In this document: piece by piece, positions 7,901 to 17,600 of the stretch
Position numbering within the stretch: position 1 is the stretch's first letter
Layout: each line of letters starts with the position of its first letter
Source: a virus
Taxonomy: Duplodnaviria; Caudoviricetes
Strand: one strand, 5' to 3'
Virus record (IMG/VR): IMGVR_UViG_3300030330_006510
Location: 1 to 39,167 of that record
Length of the DNA stretch: 39,167 bases
Notes under the pieces: generated by a model
Seen by the model: only the letters and a program-made list of their open reading frames with translations
Told to the model about the DNA's origin: nothing
Databases searched by the model: none
Position numbers and translations under genes: made by a program

Positions 7901-10889
7901 CTCTGTAATAAGACTTAAGATGTCTGCTGATTCTTTAAGTGGTGGAGATACACGATATGCCACACTAGGGTTTACTGAAGAGAAACTTAGAGAATACTTT
8001 AGAGAAATAGGAAAAGCTTTAGGGCCAGATTCCTTACCTAGCTCCCCGTTGGTGCCTGAAGATGCTTTTTGTGATCCAAAAATTTTGGCAGCGAGAGGCT
8101 TAGATGGTATTGGAATTTCGCTAGAACAATTAAATTTAGAAGTACAGCAGGGCACTGAAGCAGAATTAGAAAAATTAATAGATTTGTGTGAACTTTTTAA
8201 TGGTGCTTTTGATGGTTTCGATATGAAATTTTTTGAAAAATGGGAAGAGGGGCTGCCACTTGCTGAAGGATATCGTTTACTACTAGAAAAAATAGCATTC
8301 CTATCAAGACTTTTTCAGTCACTAGCATTTGATGTTTTAGGTTTCTCTGCTGATGCAGGTGATGCGCCAGTAACAAGAGCGAGAGAGAGTATTGAAAATA
8401 CTCAACTCTATTCAGCTATGACAACAAATTTTGGGACTCAAACACTGGTGCCAAAAGTTAAGATGGTGCCTAATCGCACAGACCAAGACAAAGATGATGT
8501 ATTTCAGTGGTACATGACCGCCGGTGTTGATCAGACATTTATTGTTAATTTTGAGATTAGAGGAAACAATGTTTTTATTACTGGACGAAGACCGGCTATT
8601 GTTGATGGGGAAGATAGTTTTATTGACGAATCACTAGGAGTTTTTGAACTTAATACAGATAATGGCATGGGGCTTAATAAGGGTACTTTACATAACTATA
8701 TTAAAGGGGACGGATTACTTTTTCCAATTTTTGACCTTTTTCTAGATGATTATGATACTGAAATAGCTGAGACCATTAATAGTCTTCTGGGTACTATAAT
8801 ACCTTTCCATGAACTTCTTAGAAGTCGGTTCCCGCTTGCTATAGCAAATAAAAGCAGTATTACTAATCTTGCAACATCTTTTTATATTTCATACTCTGAT
8901 AGAATAAGACCTTTAACTCAAGCTTTGTCCAAACCTTTGTTTGAAACAAACGGTGATCCATGTGTTTTGACTAAACAACAAAGAGTAGCAATAGCTTGTT
9001 TAAATTCATTGCAAACGAGAATAAATAATTTTGTCCTAAATACAGCAATTTATTATAATGCCAGTGGATGGGGATTCGATACACCTGATACGATAGATAT
9101 GCTTGCGGCTTATTTAGCAAAAAAATTCGAATTTGAGATGACAGAGAAAAAGTTGTTTGACATTTATTTAAAATCTATGGATGATGTTGATAGAACTTTT
9201 TCTAGAGGTTCTGTTAACCAGGCTGGAGTTTTATTTGATATTTCGACAGAAACTAGCTTAAGGGATAAATTTCAGTCAACAATAAAGTTATGTCTGCAAA
9301 CAATATTCCGCAATATACCAAGTAGTGGGTACTTTGGCGTGACTGGAACTAAACCATATGATAATCAAGAAATGGATAATCGTGCTGTTGACCTGTTAAA
9401 TTTTATACGAACAGGAGAGTTTACACCAAAACAAGGCGAACAAGTTCCTTTTAGTGCAGAAAAATCCCTGGGAGGATTTACTGACGGACAATTTAATAGA
9501 CCTGCTGTTGCGCCTTCTGTCGAACTACTACAACAGGCAGGCACATACGATCAAGCGGACGGAGAATTAATATGGACAACCATGCATGGTTATTATTATG
9601 TGCCTATCCCTTTGTTGAACGGACTAACTTTAATATTCCTTGATTATGCAGTCAATGTTCAATCAAGGCTGCCAAGCTTTAAATTCTTTTCAGAAAAAAG
9701 AGTGGCGAATGCAGATGATACTCTTATAACAGCTATAAACCCAGAAAATGTAACGGCATTTAGTGACAGGTTTAGTGGCTATCCGTTAACAGTTGGTGGG
9801 GTAACTTACTTTACTGATGAAGAAGTTATGAGAGATATTAAACTCTACGAAAGACAATTTGAAGATTACTCCAGGTACCTTGATATTCTTAAAACTCCAT
9901 TATTTACAGAGGAAAATGGCTCCTATAATTTCTTGTCTTATAAAGCAGGAACGCAAACCTATACTATTCTTGGCAACCTTCCTAGGGATAATGAATTCAG
10001 ATCTCTACAACTCGGGATTTTAGAGTTCACTAACCCCAAAGCGAAATTTAATGACGATGGAAACGGTCGAGACTTTTTCAACCCATTGTATGGAATGTAT
10101 ATGCCCATATTTGAACAGCTATCAACAGAGGAGCAAAATTTTTGGATAAAAGAGGCTCTAAGATACAGTTATACCGATGATCAACTGAAGAGTTGGACTG
10201 CTCTAGGAGGTGAGCAAGGTACCCCCGAACAAAGAGCTAACCCGAATCTTCAAAAGGCATTTGCTTTTTATGAGAGAAAGAGAATACTGGAAATTGCATT
10301 ACCAGGGGATGAAAATAATCAGCGTTCTGATTCTACTTTTTTAGATGTTTACAAAAGAGCCGGATTCACAAATTTCAATGATAATCCTTATGCTCCGGTA
10401 GGAGAGAGAACTAGGGATGGAAAATTAAAAATAAAAGAATGGGTGCAAAAAGAAAGACTTGAGGCACTGGAGCAAAATCAATCAAATGAGGATCTTATTT
10501 CTGGTGTTTATAGGAGTTATGCAACTGTTAACAAAGAAAGCAATCTAGCATTAATTAATTATCCGCAACCAGGACAGTGGGAAATTAGACGTGGCAAATT
10601 AGTATTAAATGACGATTATTTGCGCCGTGGCGGTGGACCCCCGCCATATAATACACAAGGATTTCAGACTGTATCTCTCGAAGATGATATGCTCGCATTT
10701 TTTCGCACCTATGAAACCCGTGCTAGAGAAGGGAGGGGTGCCAATCTCCGCACCAATGACTTAAAAAAAGTAGCAATAAATCATTTATATTATATTTTAA
10801 GCTCTTTGACCCAAAGAAATATCCAAAACATCAACCCAGACGATGAACAGTCATCAATCAATAAACTTAAAAGACATCTTGGGATATAA
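4929..10889 (+). CDS. Very large hypothetical protein (1986 aa), probably virion-associated
   Basis: Uninterrupted ORF abutting the spike stop and preceding the gp25-like gene. Largely helical and acidic; no recognisable catalytic motif. Function inferred from position only. Confidence 0.6.
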   Translation: MNTSRLNHIVNPFPEKYGDSTEFSGQGGRSGLNYDYNNERNKWILEGIHDSYINYGSFPEIGQELLISGPLTKNSNSITLSDAMAYAALYPQNAIVIKLEQPKIIGFPITQFDFSPISKEQMIIVLQEVYNFISQDLSGTSLFTVSDISLYKEGGELNYLKLPSIPYQSTHSRTTSIRKSFKLNPNETLLGGPLEPAENISNKIQTKQRDGLDFLDWSKNITPRDAQAVTYYNARDGFIYYCFRSRVRNVKEYDKSSQNLTDYKLRKKIFLKKALSKILAFSEVDYVPISLRNSTINQMEFFTKYGDSNRPPAPDGLSVWLLACRISLSNIENLSNVVASSDIKDEKLGTPAGKGNKKQNKSNTNISKVPYESYLSPYQICKKILENTSANKAVLYQIKNLDPAILQTEKVLRNYSNQIANAKVSPSMLSGFNLQNSIENFGLLKQAIDNFMTMNALNKENYDMIEFRFSNDFKIKYVFYNGRLILGGLGISRTSLLKDNTSANAFVDLTSTSLAYFYYSTELSTFNGRKDIPPWTTFISRYTYPSLDTNSIFKSRLVTTSSNLEVTSLKDISKLMEDGDRKQSASQKMAAAAGDTKLFPSEKDVRSIRARKDFISAKELENQVRSAIGSCDTGLSSALSQAFQIYDLVTSRADKKAIIARMLRKSMDGILFLQKKYANELISKDTEKILSGETAFEFGKLRIDSRNIELYINRPDFLGQEIERELLRQVSCIFDLIGDGINTLVLDPLIDEPGPLKSLVREVVNETDKASKAYSIDFLRYKITTRDTQKAWRLAIERIIESFLKQMILDIFKDVITALLGCGPEDKEDKESQNKNLFLEAYGELRINLLLENSDKQIKLLEICDKLDIKNTVLTGENLDTIEVSPPSEEQLFQLHEDISDCCTKTEAEGLLEGNAPRDLVIDLVDMITDNIDVSEYNNFLTSEQKTILIQASTENNFDFADPSSVVFTKLARNAGLKFTEDRKAQGIDDNSVIRLKMSADSLSGGDTRYATLGFTEEKLREYFREIGKALGPDSLPSSPLVPEDAFCDPKILAARGLDGIGISLEQLNLEVQQGTEAELEKLIDLCELFNGAFDGFDMKFFEKWEEGLPLAEGYRLLLEKIAFLSRLFQSLAFDVLGFSADAGDAPVTRARESIENTQLYSAMTTNFGTQTLVPKVKMVPNRTDQDKDDVFQWYMTAGVDQTFIVNFEIRGNNVFITGRRPAIVDGEDSFIDESLGVFELNTDNGMGLNKGTLHNYIKGDGLLFPIFDLFLDDYDTEIAETINSLLGTIIPFHELLRSRFPLAIANKSSITNLATSFYISYSDRIRPLTQALSKPLFETNGDPCVLTKQQRVAIACLNSLQTRINNFVLNTAIYYNASGWGFDTPDTIDMLAAYLAKKFEFEMTEKKLFDIYLKSMDDVDRTFSRGSVNQAGVLFDISTETSLRDKFQSTIKLCLQTIFRNIPSSGYFGVTGTKPYDNQEMDNRAVDLLNFIRTGEFTPKQGEQVPFSAEKSLGGFTDGQFNRPAVAPSVELLQQAGTYDQADGELIWTTMHGYYYVPIPLLNGLTLIFLDYAVNVQSRLPSFKFFSEKRVANADDTLITAINPENVTAFSDRFSGYPLTVGGVTYFTDEEVMRDIKLYERQFEDYSRYLDILKTPLFTEENGSYNFLSYKAGTQTYTILGNLPRDNEFRSLQLGILEFTNPKAKFNDDGNGRDFFNPLYGMYMPIFEQLSTEEQNFWIKEALRYSYTDDQLKSWTALGGEQGTPEQRANPNLQKAFAFYERKRILEIALPGDENNQRSDSTFLDVYKRAGFTNFNDNPYAPVGERTRDGKLKIKEWVQKERLEALEQNQSNEDLISGVYRSYATVNKESNLALINYPQPGQWEIRRGKLVLNDDYLRRGGGPPPYNTQGFQTVSLEDDMLAFFRTYETRAREGRGANLRTNDLKKVAINHLYYILSSLTQRNIQNINPDDEQSSINKLKRHLGI

Positions 10890-10918
10890 GATGTCAGCTA
10901 AATTGTAGCCATAGTGAT

Positions 10919-10928
10919 ACTTATTAAG
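10919..10928 (+). promoter_or_regulatory. Candidate late-promoter motif variant ACTTATTAAG
   Basis: Intergenic, just before the RBS of the gp25-like gene; a degenerate match. Confidence 0.35.
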
Positions 10929-10939
10929 GGAGAAACGTT

Positions 10940-11347
10940 ATGTCAAACAAAATGCAAGGTCTTTCTGTAGCTCTTCCTTTGACTGTTAGTCCAACTGACG
11001 GTGCGTATAGACTAAATAAAAATTTAGGGCAAGTAGTAAAGCAAAACTTTAAAAATCTAGTGCTAACCTCACCCGGCGAAAGAATCATGGTACCAGATTT
11101 TGGAGTTGGATTAAAAAGATTATTGTTTGAAAATTTTTCCTCTAATGTAAAAGATAAAATTGTAACCAGAATTCAGCAGCAGATAGATCTGTATATGCCA
11201 TTTATAATTTTGGAGCAAATAAGTTTTCAAACTAATAACGATGATAATAATTTGGCGCTTAATGAATTGAGAATTGCAATTCAATTTAATGCTCCTTCAA
11301 TAAACTTTAAAGATACTTTACAGTTTACCCAAGAAATTACTACTTAA
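10940..11347 (+). CDS. Baseplate wedge subunit, gp25/gpW-like
   Basis: VKQNFKNLVLTSPGERIMVPDFGVGLKRLLFE is the GPW/gp25 signature (LxTxxGERxxxPxFG). AGGGAG RBS. Confidence 0.93.
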   Translation: MSNKMQGLSVALPLTVSPTDGAYRLNKNLGQVVKQNFKNLVLTSPGERIMVPDFGVGLKRLLFENFSSNVKDKIVTRIQQQIDLYMPFIILEQISFQTNNDDNNLALNELRIAIQFNAPSINFKDTLQFTQEITT

Positions 11348-11348
11348 T
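11339..11348 (+). promoter_or_regulatory. Candidate late-promoter motif variant ACTACTTAAT
   Basis: Overlaps the gp25-like stop, upstream of the gp6-like RBS. Confidence 0.35.
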
Positions 11349-11372
11349 TTTAAGGCTCTCAGAGGATTTTTC

Positions 11373-13166
11373 ATGAAAAAAATAAGACCAATATCTTATA
11401 CTAGTAGAGATTTTGATTCAATAAAAGAAGACTTGGTAAACTATGCCAAAAGATATTACCCAAATACATTTCAAGATTTTAATGAGGCGTCTTTTGGTGC
11501 GATGATGTTAGATTTAGTAGCTTATGTAGGAGATCAACTTTCTTTTTACATTGATTATCAGGCCAACGAGAGCTTCATAGACACGGCTTTAGAATATAAA
11601 AATATTGTTAAATTAGCTAAGCAAATGGGATTTAAGATGCCAGGCGCTGCTAGTTCTGTGGGTAATTGCTCTTTTTACGCTATAATACCTGCTTTGGCAT
11701 CCAATGGTAATCCTGATTTATCCTATAGTCCAATATTAAGAAAAGGATCGTTAGTATCGGCTGCAAACGGATTGACCTTTACTTTAAATGAAACGGTTGA
11801 TTTTTCAAAACCAGAAAACGAACTAACAGTGGCCAAGGTTAATCAATCAACAGGTGTCCCAACACATTACGCAATAAAAACTTTTGGACAAGTAGTATCA
11901 GGGCAACAATTTCAAATAAATATAGATGTTGGTAACTATGAAAAGTTTTTGCGATTAAATCTTGATGCAACAAATGTAATTGAAATATTAAGTGTTATCG
12001 ATAGCCAAGGTAATGAATTTTTTGAAGTAGAACACTTAACACAAGATGTTGTGTTGAGCGAAGAGCCAAACTTTTCAGATGATAAAGATGTTGTTCCTAA
12101 TATTATGAAAATAAAACCAGTTCCTAGAAGATTTGTTACAGAATTTGATGAATCTGGAAATTGTTTTTTACAGTTTGGGTTTGGATCAGCAGAAAATTTA
12201 ACAACTGATGTTGTAGCTGACCCAGCAGATGTTGTTTTAGATACTCATGGTAAAAATCATATTACCGATGCTGCGTTCGATCCATCAAACCTTATTAAGA
12301 CTGATAAATTTGGAGTTGTTCCAACTAATACAACTTTAACGGTTCGGTATAGGGCAAACAATGTTAGAGAAATAAATGTAGCTGCCGGAGCAATAACAAA
12401 AGTAATATTTCCTGATGTAATATTTAAAAATAGAAATACCCTATCTGAGCCTGTGGCATCTGAAGTAATCGGAACACTTGAGGTTGAAAACGAAGAACCA
12501 ATCCTAGGAGACTCATCTATAATATCAGCAGAAGAGTTAAGACAAAGAGCTATGGCTAGTTTTTCTTCACAGAATAGAGCAGTAACTAGGGCTGATTATA
12601 TTTCGCTTTGTTATAGGATGCCATCAAAGTTTGGTAAAATAAAAAGAGCTAATATAATGCAAGACTCGTCCGCTTTAAAAAGAAATCTTAATTTATTTGT
12701 TCTCTCCGAAGATGTTAATGGTAATTTTATTGAAGCAAACTCAACTATAAAAAACAATTTGAAAACTTGGTTAAATCAGTATAGAATGATGAATGATACT
12801 ATCGATATTCATAGTGCTAAAATAATAAACTATGGGATTAATTTTGAAATTATAACAGATTTAGGTGTTAATAAATTTGATGTTCTTAGTCGTTGCACTC
12901 AAAAATTAATCGACAAACTTTCTGTAAAATCAGCCATAGGGGAATCTGTTCATATAACAAAAATTTTAAAGCTGTTAAATGAGGTCCCAGGAGTTACAGA
13001 TACAGTTAATGTTTTTTTAGAAAATAAAGCTGGTGGAATATATAGCGGATTTTTCTATGATATTGATGCTAATATTTCGGATGATGGTAGATTTCTCTTG
13101 ATACCAGAGGACGCAGTTGCTGAAATATTTTTCCCTCAAAACGATATTGTGGGAGTTGTTAGATAA
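11373..13166 (+). CDS. Baseplate wedge subunit, T4 gp6 / baseplate J-like
   Basis: SRDFDSIKEDL..Y, DFNEASFG.MMLDLVAYVGD.LSFY.D.QANESF..TA, L.FGFG, EELRQRA...FSSQNRAVTRADY; directly follows the gp25-like gene. Confidence 0.92.
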   Translation: MKKIRPISYTSRDFDSIKEDLVNYAKRYYPNTFQDFNEASFGAMMLDLVAYVGDQLSFYIDYQANESFIDTALEYKNIVKLAKQMGFKMPGAASSVGNCSFYAIIPALASNGNPDLSYSPILRKGSLVSAANGLTFTLNETVDFSKPENELTVAKVNQSTGVPTHYAIKTFGQVVSGQQFQINIDVGNYEKFLRLNLDATNVIEILSVIDSQGNEFFEVEHLTQDVVLSEEPNFSDDKDVVPNIMKIKPVPRRFVTEFDESGNCFLQFGFGSAENLTTDVVADPADVVLDTHGKNHITDAAFDPSNLIKTDKFGVVPTNTTLTVRYRANNVREINVAAGAITKVIFPDVIFKNRNTLSEPVASEVIGTLEVENEEPILGDSSIISAEELRQRAMASFSSQNRAVTRADYISLCYRMPSKFGKIKRANIMQDSSALKRNLNLFVLSEDVNGNFIEANSTIKNNLKTWLNQYRMMNDTIDIHSAKIINYGINFEIITDLGVNKFDVLSRCTQKLIDKLSVKSAIGESVHITKILKLLNEVPGVTDTVNVFLENKAGGIYSGFFYDIDANISDDGRFLLIPEDAVAEIFFPQNDIVGVVR

Positions 13167-14686
13167 TGGGTATTAAAAGATATTTTGCAACACAAGACAA
13201 TACAATTTCAAATGCATTTAAATCGGACTTAAGAAATAGAGGCACAGGGTCAAATATGGGCGCCTCAGATGTCCTTGAGGCTTTTGTTATTCATGGACAA
13301 ACATCTGCTTCAATTGACTCCGTGAATGCTGAGCAGTCAAGAATTTTATTGCAATTTGATATGAATCAAGTGCTAGATGATATTGCAAATGGGGTAATAC
13401 CATCATCAAGCGTGGACTTTCATTTAAGAATGTTTAATGCTCCTCATGCAGACACAACCCCGCTAAGTTATAGTCTTGATGTAATAATGTTGACTCAATC
13501 TTGGGAAGAGGGTCGTGGGTTAGATATGGATGCATATTCTGATATTGGAGTATGTAATTGGCTTAGTGCTAGTAAAGGCACCTTTTGGGGCGCTGATCCT
13601 GCGGATCCTGCGACCAGGGTAACAGGTGGCTATTTCGAAACCGGAGAGAACGCATCAGCGAGTTATTTCTTCTCGGGAGGAGTAGAAGACTTAGATGTTA
13701 ATGTTAATTTTGCGGTTGACCGCTGGAGATCATCTGGTTCTGCTTTTAACAACGGTTTTATTTTAAAACACACAGATGATGTTATCGCTGGCAGCAAAGG
13801 AACTTTTTTCACAAAGAAATTTTTTGGTAGAACTAGTGAATTTTATTTTAAAAGACCAGTTCTTGAGGCTAGATGGGATTCGTCTAGAAAAGATAATAGA
13901 GGCAATTTTATTGTTAGTAGTAGTCTTGCAGATGGATCGGATAATTTAAATACTCTATTTCTTTACAATAATGTAAGAGGACAATTAAAAAATATACCAG
14001 GATTAATTGACAATCAGTTGTTGTTAAGGGTTTATAGCGGTAGCGCCACCGCCCCTGGGACACAAAGCGTTCTGATAATAGATTCAGATAATAATGCAAG
14101 ACATCAATTAACCGGTGGTATTTTAATTGAAAACGGAGTTGAAATATCTGGAGTATATACTTGTTCTTTTGCAACTACATCGTCTAATGATTATTTATAT
14201 GATGTGTGGCACACAGCATCCGGCGGCGGCACAACAGAGTTTTTTACAGGCTCTTTTGAGCCAACTACTTTAAAAGCACTTGAATTAATATATGAGGATG
14301 AGTATATCACTGATATAACAAATTTAAAAAGTTCTTATATTCAAGGGCAAAAGCCAAGACTTCGTGTTTTTCCGAGAAGAAAAAACTGGAATCCAAATAT
14401 TTTTACAGTTGCCACAGCAGAGGTAGTGCCGGAAATTATTGAGGACGCATATTTTAGAATACACAGAGAAGTTGACAATATGGAAATTATATCATTTGGT
14501 ACAGGCAGCTTAGTAAATGATTTTACTAGAATGTCATATGATGTAAGCGGTAGTTATTTTCAAGTTGATACAAGTTTTTTAGAACCGGGTTTTACATATA
14601 AAATTCAATTTGTATACTATTTACAAGGAGAGTATAGACAACAGCCTGAAGTTTTTAAATTTAGGGTTGAAGAACCTGCGCCATGA
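13166..14686 (+). CDS. Baseplate structural protein, beta-sandwich (DNRLRE-like N-terminal domain, Ig-like C-terminus)
   Basis: ATQDNTI...SRILLQFD...LRMFNA...SWEEG...W...NNGFILK...F...RPVLEARW follows the DNRLRE-type pattern. TAATG coupling to the gp6-like gene. Confidence 0.6.
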   Translation: MGIKRYFATQDNTISNAFKSDLRNRGTGSNMGASDVLEAFVIHGQTSASIDSVNAEQSRILLQFDMNQVLDDIANGVIPSSSVDFHLRMFNAPHADTTPLSYSLDVIMLTQSWEEGRGLDMDAYSDIGVCNWLSASKGTFWGADPADPATRVTGGYFETGENASASYFFSGGVEDLDVNVNFAVDRWRSSGSAFNNGFILKHTDDVIAGSKGTFFTKKFFGRTSEFYFKRPVLEARWDSSRKDNRGNFIVSSSLADGSDNLNTLFLYNNVRGQLKNIPGLIDNQLLLRVYSGSATAPGTQSVLIIDSDNNARHQLTGGILIENGVEISGVYTCSFATTSSNDYLYDVWHTASGGGTTEFFTGSFEPTTLKALELIYEDEYITDITNLKSSYIQGQKPRLRVFPRRKNWNPNIFTVATAEVVPEIIEDAYFRIHREVDNMEIISFGTGSLVNDFTRMSYDVSGSYFQVDTSFLEPGFTYKIQFVYYLQGEYRQQPEVFKFRVEEPAP

Positions 14687-17600
14687 GTGTAAAAAAACTT
14701 TTTGAAAAAAATAAAAAAGGTAAATCTGCAAGTAAGTACTTGAAAAAATCCTCGTCTACCTCCGTGGATCCGAGAATAGAATCTGCCGGACATCTAAGCG
14801 AAAGTATTGAAAGAGAAAAATACTTTATACCCCCGGTTGATTATTCAAAGCCTGAAAATTTCGCACGCTATGGTTCCGCTGAAAAATACTATACCGCAGC
14901 TTTTGATTACATAGTTGATAATTTTCCATATGATGGTTCTTCTTTAGAAAAAACAAAGTTTTATAATAGTTTATCTCCTTTAGAAAAGTATACCATGCAA
15001 CATATCTACCCCAAAGAGACGGGGTTTGTTAAGTTTGGTGTTAACTACGGGACGCCAAGTAATGTAGCAGGTAATCCATCTGGTTATTACTCTTCCTCTT
15101 TAGATTTTATTCAAGCACTTGGCGGACCACACTCTGGCACTCTATATTCTTCTGGTAGTAATAAAGAGTCAAATTTAAAATTTGGAGGATTATCTGGCTC
15201 AACAGTTGAATTTTTCTTAAAAAAAGATCAACTTATTCCCAATGACAACTCTCAGTCAAGAAAGCAGGTCATTTTTGATTTAACAAATGGTGGCGTTTCT
15301 GGGTCTACAGATTATGGCCGCCTAAGGATTGAGTTGACATCCTCAAACCAAGACAGGTTTTTAGTTACTTTGATCTCTGGTACTACCGGATTTGTAACAC
15401 AATCAGTCCCAACAACCGGCGGATTAGCTATTGCTAGCGGTTCTTTTCATCATTACGCCTTTGTTTTTAATACTTCTGGCTCTGCTCCAAGTATTGACTT
15501 TTATATGGATGGAATTTGTCACCAAACAAATATAACTGCTAGCGGATACGGTGGTCATCCTCTTGCTGGTAATGTACCATCGGCTGGTGGCGTCAAATCA
15601 GGATCCATGGGTGAAATAGAGGGAACTTTTATTGCTAGTATTGGCTCGCTTCAGGCGCCTGTAACAGGGGCTACCGGAACAACACCCGATAAAGGTTGGG
15701 GAAAACTATCTGCGTCAATAGATGAATTTAGGTTTTGGAAAACTGCTAGAACAGGAAAGGAAATAGGTAGTAATTGGTTTGCTGATGTTGATGGTGGAGC
15801 AGATGTTGATGATATAGATTTTAATCTTGGAGTTTATTATCGTTTTAACGAGGGGTCTACGGGAACTAGCAGCATAGACAAGGTTTACCTTGATTATGCT
15901 GGCAGGCTTTCAAATGCAACTCATGTTGGGTACAATTCATCAAATTCCAGACAAACTGGGTCTGCTATAAATGAGTTAAATATAAGTGATATTTTTGAAA
16001 ACGCATCACCAGTTGTTAGGGCTGGTAATCTAAATTTTCAAAATATAAAATCAAACTTAGCTTTATCAGGCACACAATATGATTATAGAAACACTTCTTA
16101 TATGGTTAACACACTTCCGTCTTGGATCTTAGAAGAAGATGAATCGATTGGTGGGGAACTTAGAAACCTTAATCAAATTCTAGGAAGCTATTTTGATACT
16201 TTATATAACCAGATAACGCAACTTCGTCAAGTTAAAGATTTAAGATATTTAAGTGGCACGCTAACAGGTAGTTCTAATGAGTTCCCGCACAATGATAGAA
16301 TTTTAGAAAATTACGGACTTGAAATACCAGAATTGTTCGCAAATGCTACCGTCTTAGAGAGATATTTTAATCGATCTGAGGACAAGAATTTTGAACTAAC
16401 TATAGAAAATATCAAAAACACAATTTACAAAAATATCTATAATAATTTATCTTATATTTACAAGTCCAAAGGAAACGAAAAATCGATAAGAAATCTAGTA
16501 AGATGTTATGGTATTGATGATAATGTCATAGCTCTTAATGTTTATGCTAATGAATTTTCTTACACTTTAGAAGAAAATTACAAACAAATTTCAAGCAATA
16601 AAAAATATGCTGATTTTTCTGGATTGACTAAAGCCACCAGTTCAGCAGCAACTTGTTATCAATTCTATGATTCAAGTAATCCAAACTCACACGGCTCAAT
16701 CACTGGGTCTGATGGGATACTAGCGTCGCTTGGGCTCACTGCTCAGGCTGAATTTATTTTTCCAAATAGACAATCTTTTGATGAATCAAATGTTACATCT
16801 GTTAGTCAATCTTTTTATGTAAGTTCGTCGCTTTTTGGTTGGCACACTCCATCGAGCGGCACGCATGTCACAGATACAGGCATGCATGCTCAGACTTGGG
16901 CTGATGAAAATCCTGTAACTGCTGGTGTGTCAGACAAAGGATTTCAAGTTTATGCCGTAAAAACCAAGGCTGCTTATTCCGAAATAACAGATGATCCAAA
17001 AAAAGTAAAAGATGTTAGATTTATTGTTAAAGATAGGTTTGATAATACGATTATAACAAGTGCTGTTTTTCAGAATGTTTATGATAATCAAAAGTGGAAT
17101 CTTTCTTTAACAATATCACCTGATAAATATCCATTTTCTGGAGCTATTGCAGGTATTAGTCCTGCAAATACAGGCGCATTGGGATCATACAAAATAGCTC
17201 TCTATGGGGTTAATTATGATTCTGGGATAAAAAGAAATTCATTCCATGAAATTCAAAACCTTGCGTACCAAACAGGATCCCAATCTTTAGCTCTTGATAA
17301 AAAATTCTATTTGGGAGCACATCGAACAAACTTTACAGGAGCATTGCTAACAGACTCAGATGTGAGAGCCAGTAGTCTTAGAGTATGGTCAACTATTCTA
17401 CCGACAGGTACAATTGATTTACACGCTAGAGAGGTCGATAGTCATGGTACTTTACATCCTTTCCGCCAAGCGTATGAGTTTGTTTCGTCGTCTGAAGGTT
17501 CTTATCCAGACTTATTTATACCTGAAATAGAAACCTTAGCGCTAAACTGGGATTTTTCAAATGTTACTGGAAGTGACTCGACTGGAAGATTTATTGTTGC

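Noticed and set aside
4929-10889. Calling the 1986-aa protein a tape measure protein
   Set aside because: It lacks the Ala/Gly-rich periodic repeats and hydrophobic segments typical of tape measures and is not next to tube or chaperone genes; left unassigned.
10891-10908. Mini-ORF ATG TCA GCT AAA TTG TAG (MSAKL) and a 4-bp hairpin before the gp25-like gene
   Set aside because: Too short to distinguish from chance.
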